Source: Phoronis australis
Lineage: Eukaryota; Animalia; Phoronida
NCBI GenBank assembly: GCA_002633005.1
Contig: NMRA01000081.1
Location: 1,008,353 to 1,072,352 of the forward strand
Length of the DNA: 64,000 nucleotides
Reading direction: 5' to 3'
Under the pieces are notes generated by a model. The model ran no database searches. It worked only from the letters and a program-made list of their open reading frames with translations, and was not told the origin of the DNA. A program made the translations under genes and the position numbers. The number at the start of each line of letters is the position of its first letter. Position 1 is the stretch's first letter. Below, piece by piece: positions 26,801-38,800 of this stretch.

Positions 26801-29800
26801 GCCGACTGATACAACCACTTTCAAAAGCGGTAATTATGGACTTCAATGTTATTGCCATTTTATTCAGTATTTCTAAAAAATTATTTAGCTCGAGTAAGCT
26901 TTATTTCAATCGCAGTGCCCGACTTGACAGCCTACAGGTCACCAATGCGACCTCAGACTGTGTTTGGCGACGTGGGAAAAATTTCAACTTGCCACGAAGT
27001 CGCCACTGCGATTCAAAGTCAGACAATAATTTCCCCTAAATTTGTTTCAAAATTCGTGTTGACTTTCAAACGTTAAACTACTAACAATTTTCCTAGTTTC
27101 ATTACCTTTGATTTACAATTGTTCTGTTTATGAAACAATGCATTTGGCAACACAGCAGTCAGCGCTCATCAAATGTACTTAAATTACAACAGGAAGTAAA
27201 CAGACAAAATTGTTTGGCAAAAATCGGGCAACATCGGTGAAATGTGCACCACCAGTGCATGCGATCGTCTGCGTTTTGTGTTCATTCATTGGCATTAAGA
27301 ATTGAGTTAGATAATGAATGTACATAATTGATGGGGAGAAATTAGAGAGGTGCATATAAGACACTGGGGCACATTACGACCGTACAACTTCTTTTTTAGT
27401 CAACAAATTTTACGCTGCATTGGCAACCTCAGAATTCATTTAGTGACCTGGGATTTTCAATTTTTGGTGACCTCAGATTTCATTCGGTGACCTGGGATTT
27501 TTGCCAGGTCGCCAGATATAACTTGGCATTAAGCTAAGCTTCGAACGCTGAATCGTATATATTTTAAGATTTAATATAACACGATCAAATTTTATACTGT
27601 AATTCTGAGGGGTATTAATAGTGTATCTGCAATAAACTTTATCACACCAGATGCCTATAAACTTGTAAACAAAACAACACTAGTGATCCACCACTTTGTG
27701 CCACCTGTTTGTATTAGGCAACCAAACACACCTGTGTGTTGAGCAATACTTACCGTAAACGTTCGGGTTAACGCCCTGGGCGGTTAAATTGGCAAACCCA
27801 AAAAATCGGGGGTGGGCGGTTAACCAGACGTGGGCGCTTAAACGTGAAACTTCAAAAAATCCAGGGTGGGCGGTTAACCGAACATGGGCGCTTATTACGA
27901 CAGACAAGCGCCCTGGGCGGTTAATCTTACCTCGTGATCTAAGTACCCACACCACACACGTAGTCGTAGGCCTACTCGGAACGCGTAGCACTTTTCAAAG
28001 AGCGTTATCGTTACGTCGCCACATGACGGGAAAAATGTCATAACAGCGGATGATCCTAACAAAGGTTATCATGCCCTCAGATTAGTTATTCACTATTAAA
28101 TTTACAGAATTGCTGAGTAATAGCCCCGTGCCGTCCTGCGGTCTTGTTATTTAGCCCTGTAGTGTAGAGCGCAGACGACCAGTAACTATTTCATCTTGCT
28201 AAAGTGCGCGCGTGCAAGCTTCATGTGTTGCAGAGGTCACAGCAGACATCAGATTTATGGTTACAGTCTCGTACTAGCTGCCAAGTTCATAGTCAGAGTG
28301 CAGTTTTAAAATTGGTTGTAATAAAAGTTTGAAAACCTTAATTCAGATGTTTTTTTTTGTGTTTGGGATGTTTATAGTCAACACTCCGTGACTCAATGAC
28401 ATTTTCAGCGTATGGTTCTGTGGCTTGCTGTTTTATCTCGACTGCCCGGCATTGCTCACTTGCCGTTGCGCCAAACATGCTCGGCAAAGAAGTAGGCCCA
28501 AGACAAGAATCGGGGTTAAGCGGCCGTGTGCCACTCGTCAATCAAGAATAAAATTTCGAGCCACGGCATAAATATGTGATAAAACGCTACAAAACAGCGA
28601 TGTTTCAATTCATAAACGATCACCTTACCAAACTTCGTGGTGGAAAAACATTTATTTTTCATGCAAGATGTCCAGATTATCCTATTTATATCACTTGCAA
28701 TATTGCACTGCGGCACTGTTCGGTCCCGTTGTTAGCGCGCAATGTCTCAGTCGGCTGACAATCGTGACTTGGAAATGCCGTCAAGTAATATAACGGCCTC
28801 TTTCAATATGCATCTCGTTTTTTATGGCCAAAGATAGCGGCGGGATTCAGCACGCGCGTAGGGCCTACGTGCGAGTCACCTGTCAATCACATGTTGGTGT
28901 CAAGGTAACATGCACTCCAAAGTGTGGGAACTTGCGCGCGTGCACCACTACAAAGTCACACATCAAAAGAGAATAGCGACAGTCCTAAGTAACAGAAACG
29001 GGCGTGACTATATACTTTTAACCATTGTCTCATTTCTCTGGCCTGATTTTTTCGAATATATGTTTTATCAAGTGCACTGCAGACGAAAACTCAGCGCGGC
29101 AGACAAAGTCGCTGAAAGCGGAGGTTTTGACGCCGGCGGCGTTCTTAAACTTTGCAATCATGGGAAGAAAATAAAGTGACAAAAACGTTCAAGTATTATG
29201 TTTTGAAGTGAGTCCATGACCCAAGACAATAACTTGTTACTTGTATAATTGCAATTCACATTGCTAAACCACTGCCTCGGAGGCCCGGCGTCGTTGCGCT
29301 CATTGTGATTATCGATCTTTTTCTAAAAGTCGGGGAATCGCGCGTTTCCTTAGCACTGGGCGCTAAATCTTCATTCTTTAAAAGTCGGGGATGGGCGCTT
29401 AACCAAGAGGTGGGCGCTTAAATGGAAATCTTCAAAAATCGCAGGGGGGCGCTTAACCGAGCAGTGGGCGGTTAAGTCGAAAATCCACCTAAAGTAGGGG
29501 GTGGGCGGTTAACTGAGCATGGGCGTTAACCCGAACGTTTACGGTAGTACAATGTAGGTGTACAGCTCAAGTTGGTAGTGTTGTTTACTACATAGTGTTA
29601 TTAAGTAAGTAATGATTCACATGAACTTGAACTGTCTAACATGTTCAACATGAACACATGTCTTGTAATTACGATGCAAAATAGAAAGGATGAACTAGAT
29701 GTGACTGAAGGTCGTTTATTCAAATAGAAATACAATGGCTGTATAAATATTTGTAAAGTTGTGTTCAACATCCATTGGGTTTCACTATAGGAATTTAGCT

Positions 29801-32800
29801 TCGAAGTACAATGTACTTATTGTTATTCACAGTGCAAACAAGGGTTCCAGATTCAATCACTTTCTCTAGCTTTTACTTGGTATGTAACAATCACTATAAC
29901 AGTTTAACCATTCCAAAATTCAAGAAATAGGCATTAATTTTCAGGGCACCTATGATACAAAAACATATTGACATTCAAGATACTAGCAGATAACAGTCAC
30001 ATGGAAGTACTGAATTCTCAGAAGACCACAAATTGAGAAGAGATGTTAAAGCAGAGGTGTCTACAATGTTACATTGTTATTGAAAGTCTCAAGGAAATGA
30101 AGCAGATGCTAAAGAAAATCAATTTTGTCAGAAATAAAATTAACAAGAAGGACAAGGGAAGCCTGCATCTCTAGTGCTTAACTATGTTACTGACTGACTT
30201 ATCTAAGTATCAGTTCCAGTATATGACTTGAGTGAAACTGCACACTTGACAGCACGAAAGTCACCAGACAGGTATTACTCTAGCAAAATGGCTATAATGT
30301 TGAGAGAAATAAGAAGAGATCTATTTTAAAATAAAAAACTTGAAAACACAAGCTAGTCCTCCAACAAGCTCCAAGCGCAGCAACCTAATGCATGCCAACA
30401 TAATAACTTAAGGCTCAAAACAAAATCACAGTTGCGATCAAATTACCTATAACCAGAAGACGATAGTATTATAGAGCCTGAAGATGACCGAAAGAAAAAT
30501 TTTCAAAAACAGCCGTAAAAGTGCCTTGATGCTAGCCAACATATCACACAAGAGCCTTCTTTGATACTTATCAACATATCATACAAGTATCTTCACCCTT
30601 GCCAACATATCACACAAGCACCTTGATACTTATCAACATATCAACTTGTCAACATATCACGTGTCTTGACACTTGTCAAGATATCATACAAGTGCCATAA
30701 TAGATGTCAACATATCATACAAGTGCCTTGATACTTGTCAACGTATCACAAAAACTTGATACTTGCCAAGTCATATCACACAAGTACCTTGATACTTATC
30801 AACATATCACGTATCTTGATACTTGTCAACATATCACACACCTGCCTTGATATTTGTCAACATAACATCAGTCTTGTTTAAATGATGTAAAGATGGTTTA
30901 ACTCCTTTAAAGTTGTTCAAACCTTAGCTTTTTACATTATTTATTTGATTGATTTTGAATAGTGCGAAATTGAAAGTATTTACAACATTTTAGGAGTTTT
31001 CACAAAACTTATGATTTTTTCAAAAAAACATCAGTCACCACAAAGTAAAACTTTGACAAAAGTAGATGGTGTAAAACCACGGTATAACGACTCATTTTCT
31101 TGTGATTATTGTAACAGTTAGAGAACGCAAAGACACATGGTTTTGGGGATTTTTAGTACCCGTATTAAAGACCATGATTCGTTTTAAGGTATCACATTGT
31201 TAATAAACTTGAATAAAACCACCTTATTCACCAAACTCAGGTCCAGTAACTTTAAGGCATGAAAAAGCAAAACAAAAGGTAGTTCTAATAGGTTTCACAA
31301 AGCAAAAAGGCCGACTCTGAACATCATCAGAAATGGTATGACCTAATTTTTTGGTCGACGACTTCGTCGTCAGTTTTGATGACCTCAGATCTTGTTTGGC
31401 GACCTGAAACTTTCACCAAATCTGACTTGGCGTCAAGCTAGATGTCAAGACAGGTGTCAAGCTAAGCGTCAAGCACTAGGCTTGAGAAGAACTGAGAGGT
31501 CATTATAGGTTCTGACCACGCCCACTATGTTGCCAGTCATGGCAGGTAACTTACAATTGCCAAAGTAACTACTACAAGGGAATTCCAGGCGATTTGTAGT
31601 AACCAATTTCAATTAAAACAAATTAAAAAACGGCCGAGGGTTTTGAACTCCAGATCATTGTCTTATAGCAACTTTAGTGTTAGGCATGGTGCACACGTGA
31701 TTGTACGCAAGTGTGTTAGAGCACACCTGTGCTGATTTCTCGGCAATAGTCTGATATAACATGCCCATATTTTGAGAACCAGTTTGATGTCCGTTATTCA
31801 GAGGAGAAAACTGGTTCTCAACAATTGGGCACATTATACCAAACCATTACCGATTTCTCATTCACTACAAGCACACGATGCTGTTAACTGCAGGTCTTCT
31901 CCCAGTCTTCAAACTAAACGAAAGTCCATTTACTTACCACAATGGAATGTATGGCTCCAATCCTAGCACAAGCCAACATTGCAATGACCAGTTCTAAAAT
32001 CATCGGCATGTAAATGGCAACCCTGTCTCCCTTAACAACACCTGAAAATAAGCGCAAATCACAGGTATGATCGCACATGAAGTAATAGAAAGTACTCATG
32101 AAAACAGGTTTAAACTAAGGAGCGGGTTTATGTTAAAAAATTTTTCCCAAAATTCATGGGCCATAATATTACATAGTTTCTTTAAATGGGCATTGCCAGA
32201 AAAAGACAACTTTAGATGCGAAAGGGTTAGTGATCTATGAATGTATTGCTGTGTTTGACAGTTAACTTTTCACCCAGGGCCCGGTTGAATTAAACAGTCC
32301 CAAATAGGGACTCAAGTAAAGTCCCTAAATCTATGCTGTATTTGTGGGCCTGTAAAAACACTGGTTGGCCTGTCTTATGCTGTTTGAGCTACATTACTAA
32401 GTCAAGTTTTGGCTGTGATACAAAACAAGAGTGAACTCTACACTGTATTCTCAATATTATCGAAAATGAGTACGGATTTTTTCATGCAACACCCCTTATT
32501 GTTTTGACTGAACTAAGGGCTCACTTTTTAGTTATCTTATTAGAAAATGCCATTGGTCAAAGAAGAGCTTATAATGAAGATAAATATGATAGAAAAAGTA
32601 TTGCATCTGTGTCTAAAGAACGAAACAAATACGAAGATTTAGGGAACTTAATTGAGTTCCTATTTGGGACTGTTTCGTGCAACCGGCCACAGAGGGCACT
32701 GTGTACTCTGCTCGGGCAACAGTTTCAATGTAACGTCACAAGGAACACATAGAAAAGAGTCTGTTGTATGCTGTAGTACACTTGAACAGGACTTGCTCCA

Positions 32801-35800
32801 CATGTGCTGCACTTAGGTGCTGTGTTTGGGTAACCACGGTGGTCATATCGCAATCAGTCAACAGAAAGAGCCCATCTTATTTTGGTAATCATAATTATGT
32901 TTTTGTATCAGACTAAGACATAAATAACCCTGGCAGCCACTACATTGATTTCCCCTTTAAGTGTAGTAGTTCCCAGTCTTATAAACGTAAATTAATCAGT
33001 AATAAATGAGACACCTTGACAGTCTATATATTAACACCACCTGTGTACTCTCACTCAGTCTGAATGGGGGCACAGTAATGTTATAAAAGAAACTGTGCCA
33101 TCATATAATGTTAGTGCTGTATCTACTACCTGTTCTATAATATTTGCTATAATACAAATGAATGCTAAATCTATTTACTGTTCTCTAAAATAATGTTATT
33201 AAAACAGTGTTTCAAGTCAACTAGTAATGCTAATCTCTTTAACTGTGTGTTCATAATTTATTAAAATAAGGTATGAAAATTGCATATTCACTACTTATTC
33301 ACCCATTCGCATGGGGTGTCTCATGTTGTAAACACGACGTGAAAGGGGTGGCCTGGATGAGTGTCGTGTGGCGAAGACTCCTATGCTCAAAAAATGTTTT
33401 ACCAATAATGGGGTAAAGTACTCTGATTTGTAACAGCCTAAAGTAATTACTGTTAATTGGATCATGCTGGCAACCTGTAGGCCACATTTCATTAAATTAA
33501 CACATGGACAGTTGGCAATGCTTGGTTAAATTAATTTCACCACTCATCAATGATGAATTTTATTTGGACTACCCGGAAATACATTAAATTTATTTTGTAC
33601 AAAATAAATGGAGAAATTCTGTACTTAAATTGATCAGTCTTAAAATTGACAGAACATAGCAGTCTGTGGGCGAATGGAAAATTGCATCACTTACTCTCCA
33701 CTTATTTCACACAAAATAAATTAAATATTACTTTCCTGATAGTCAAGGTGTGCCAAATAAACTGAATATACAGTCTTTGTAGTAACCAAACATCGCCAAC
33801 TGCCCACGTGTGAATTTTACAAATGTGGCCAAGGGATTGCCAACATGATCCAACCAACAATAGAGTTACTTTATCCCCCTCCATTATAAGAATACTTTAC
33901 CCCATCATTGGTGAAATACCCATTTGAGTGACACAACACTCATCCAGGTCACCCCTACACTGTACAAGCACATATGTCAACAACAGCATGAGATATCCCA
34001 CATAAATGGATGACTTAAGGAAGAAGGCAACCATTTTCAATATCATTTTTGATTAAAATAAGATTTTCTGGTTACCCTAGATAAGTTTTTCAAATCAATT
34101 AAATTCCCCAAAGCTCTAATTAATTATGCATGCGTAACCCCGCCAGCTTTTTGTGGGAGGATTTATTGTGGACATCTGATGATTGCATACAGTACTGTTT
34201 TTCAAAATAATTATTTGCTTAGTAGAACTCAGTTATTAGGAATTTAGCTATTGTTTGGTCAGCATGGGATGGGATTTAGCTGAAGTTGGTGACGTATATG
34301 GTGAAGCAGTGCTGCGGCAACTGTTCACACATACGAGTGACACTACAGTGACTGTTCACATGAATGGGTGACATGAATGACTGTTCACACACAAACACAC
34401 ACGCACGCCCGCACGGGTGGCACGAATGACTGTTCACACACATGGGTGACACAACAGTGAGTGCTCACATGCACGGGTGGCAGAAAATTCGTGGCCTTGT
34501 TGAATCACTACAGTGGCTGCAGTTCGCGAAGCTGCGCGTTTCAAAAAAGCTCGCCTAACAGGTGACGACGGAGCAGAGAAGGGAAATATCTACGGTGAAG
34601 CAGCCTTTAGTTCAGAGAATGTTTAGCAGATATCTCCTTCATGATGACCTCTGAAGTGTACCATGTCTCCTTTGATGCACACACGGTAGTTTACCCTCCT
34701 TGGCATGAATGGGGAATGCTCTACATTCTTGACGTGAATGAGCTTGCTGCGAGGAATCTTCACTGGTAATCAGTAACATGACAAAACTCCTATACTATTC
34801 AAGAGTTTATGATGCTTGAATTCCAGTACGCAACAACTACTACACATACTGAGAATGACTCTTAAGCTGCTTTTGCATTAGAGTTAGTCTGGACTAGTTT
34901 GCCATCGGAACATATTTTAGATCAGTGTGATAACCTACCTTACTAAATTGTCATCTTTCTCAATAGGCTGAACCACACCCCCATCCTAACTTTAAAGCTT
35001 CGTAGTACTAAACACAAGATGTCGCTACGCTGTACCGCAATACGAATCTGACAACCAAATGCCACTTCTATTCTTGTTTTGAGACATGTTTAACTTTAAA
35101 ATTGTACAGTGAACAGTGAGTTGGCAGAAATAGCAACAACATCAAAAGCAAAATGGCAGGAAGAACTCTGCACTCGCGTGATGTGGGGAGCTAAGTTAGT
35201 ACAGTCAAGCAAAATAGTCCAGACCAAACCTTTCGCATTGCGCTTAGTACGTAGTCAGACCAACTTTCATACGCTCTGCCCTCTAGAATTGTTAGAAGCT
35301 GATGTACACAATGATGCATCTGATTTTAAACGGAGTCCGAAGTGCATTTAAACAACGACGGCAGGAATGATTTGGGGCACAAACGTCACTACTGGAGCGA
35401 CACATGCATTGTTAATTAGAGCGCGGGGAAATTTAATTTACTCGAACATTTATCAAGGATAACTAGAAAATTGTTATTTAACTAAAAATGACACTAAAAA
35501 CGATTGCCTTCCGCTTAAAATGGTGAATATACGATGAAAACTTAAGATAAAGAGAGGTGTATATTACAAGAATTATTGACAGGGCTTTGCATTGATATTT
35601 TCCCAAGAGCAAACTGAGTGCATGTAAATAATGTGAAGCCAAAAATTCCCTCGAAGTAGTCTTGTGTGAAATAAGTGAGTGCCAAAGTAATAATTCTTGA
35701 TGAGCAAAATGAGGTGAGTATGCTAATCAGGGACGGGTCCAGGATTTTGAGTTGGGGGGGGGGTCAGGGCAGAGTATTAGCCAGTGTTCTGCCTGTCAAA

Positions 35801-38800
35801 CATTTGCACCCTCGAACTGCCAAATGGAATATGGGAGAATTTTAGGGGGGGGGGGGGGNNNNNNNNNNNNNNNNNNNNNNNNNNNNNNNNNNNNACCCCG
35901 CCACTGCTAATTAAGTGTAGAATTACCGTAACAAACTTTTAAAACAAAAAAGCTCCACGTCCAAGACTATAGAAGGGTAACAGCTGGAATAACTTGACTT
36001 CAAAATGTGACATTACACAAGGCAATCAATGTCAAACAAGAGTGGATCTTTAGGGAGACTTAAGATCAATACTTAAGAATTACACTCCAGGGACTCCACC
36101 AAATACTGTGTGTAGAAATTATATCTGGCTAATGTATAGCTCCCGTCAATTAACTCATCGTGGAAGCTATAATTTCATTAGTAAACCAACTTAAGATAGA
36201 TGTTTTAGTACATTATTTTGATAATTAAGTCCTGCTTATATTCAGAAATGGTCAGCCAAATTAACATACGACAAATTGGAAAACTTTTGAACACAAAAAT
36301 GAGAAGTCTGTTAGCCTGCCATCATCGAAAAAAGAATAAGATCAATGCTGAGCATTGAAATGTGCCCACAACCGCACAACGAACAATATGCTACTAGGGG
36401 TGTTTACTAGAATCATAAAATGTCCATTAGATGGCGCCAAATAGGTTGAACCTGGGAAGGCCACATTGTCTCTCTAATAAAATACAATTTGTCAAATTTT
36501 ATGAAAATCTGTCAAGGAACTACACACACACAGATGCAAACATGAAAAAACATACTGACAAATAGGAGGCACAGTGATAGTCGGATTCGTCCATCTTGTG
36601 TCAAATTATTAGAAAATACACTTGCCAAATTTCCAAACAATCTTACAATGGGTTCAGGAGATACAGTGAAGCAAATGCAAAAAAAATGTCACTAAAGGGG
36701 CACTGCAGTAGTTAGACTTGTCTCAAAATGCAGGTCAGCTGTGTCCTTGACAATAGTACATCTGACACAAAAATAATAAAAATGGCCAGTAAGTGGGACA
36801 GAATACGTCAAATCATGAAAAAATGGCATAAACGTCATGCATAAAAGCTTGTTCACCTAATTTCATGAAAAACCATCAAGGAATTCTGAAGATACAGAGG
36901 CAAATTAATGAAATGTAATTAACATTCTCAAAGGGGTTAAAGAGATACAGCAGCAGACAGATATGACTGCAATATGCACGTCCCACATTGTACTAGTACA
37001 TGAGCCCAAGGTGCTATATGACTTAGAAACATACAGTTGTAACCAACAAACCTTTGCTCTTTAAAACATTGGCAAACTTGCACACTTGCTTCAGCAAACC
37101 GCTGTAAGTAATCTCCCCATGGTCATCGTGAGGGTCATTCCCTTCCCTAAAAGAAATTGACAAATCATTTTACCCATTATGTTATGGTTATAGGTGACGC
37201 ACAAAGTGGCATGACTGTACTCTCTCGGCAAGCTTAAAAATGAAATTCATGAAAATTATAAATTCAAGGGCAGAAAATGACTCAACGGCTATGCCTTGCC
37301 AAATTAAAGCCAGGCACCAGATTTCTCACCTAGATGCTGGTTTAAAGAATCGACACTAGAATTTTAATGCGCTGTTATGGAATTTATTTTCATCAGCAAC
37401 TCTTCTTCATTTTAAATACATGCTCAACGAAGCATGAACATCCGGCGTTTTAGAGAAAATTGTCAACATAACATTTACGATAGAGCCTGAAAACCACTAC
37501 ACCCATCAATGTAATGACCTTAAAGCCATTGCGGATGAGAACATTTTGTTAAAATCCTAGATTTAACAAAGAGTCGTTTAACCATGAAGAAGTTTTATAA
37601 ACAACATGCTTTTTGGTAATATTATAATCATGATACATTATCATTATATGAGAAGAAATTCAATATCATTGAAAACTGCAGAAACTGGTTCTTGCATGCC
37701 AAAATGGATGAAGAAATGTTAATTCACTGAAAATGCTATAAATAGTGTTATATAACTCCAACACTGACCACCAAAATAAATTGCTTATCCTTTCTAAAGT
37801 TAACAGTAACAAGGAATATACTTATTAGTATTTAAAGTGCTTTAACTGCATTTGATATTCTGGAGCCAGTCAAAAATCAGGATTTGTGGTCATAAGTTTT
37901 TGGCATATCAGTTATGACATTTGCTGGGTAAATTTTGGTGATAAATTCTGACAGCCTGGTATCCTGTTAATCCATACAGACATCTTCAGTTCAATGCAAT
38001 GCTTAAGTTTGAAGTCAGAAGCCTCCAAAATCTGAAAAATCACAGTTTCAACTTGCGAGGCCTAAAATGGGCGTGGCACCCAATATTATACAGGGCAATA
38101 TCTCAGAGAGCCTTTGACGCAGGCCAATTAAATTTTGCAGATAAACATTGTGTATCATTAACATCTCAGTGAATTTTCATCCTATTCTGAGAAAGTAACC
38201 AGACACCCTCTATGGAATGACCCTATTATTCAGTGAATGAAACTGGTTCTCTAAATCAGGGACTTCTATATCCCACAAGCTAGTGTTCAATAACATCATA
38301 GATTACAGAAAAAAAATTCACAACTCCGACACTTTCTTACGAAATATCCTAGAGGAGGCACCACCCTCCTAAATTACCAATTTCAGTTTCTGGTTAGTGT
38401 ATTGTGAGGGGAAATTCTTTCATCTATTTTATTGTCTAGTTCAACAAACAAAAAATTTTGACATTGAAACGCTGTTGAAAGTCTTCTAATAGTAGAACCG
38501 TTGGTGTTGTGATGACAATGTTACTGGTCATGTAATTGCAAAATTCAAACTTCATTACTGTGGAAACTTAGTCCTTTACATTTCGCTAAGACAAACATCT
38601 GACAACACAACAGCTGACCATGATTAGCAAACGACGTACTTGTCGGAAGTAAAACTTGCTAATTTTGCCAGGTGTTGCTAGTGAATAATGATAAAGTGAA
38701 TAATAAGATCACAGATTTCATCCATTGAAAATACAATTATGAAGTTGGCAGTCCATGTACCGTACTCGTCCGGGTTACCGCCCAGGGCGCTAAAATTGGG

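Noticed and set aside
27680-29179. ORFs inside the TIR element as possible transposase fragments
   Set aside because: Short, on both strands, with no DDE/HTH motifs; some derive from subterminal repeats.
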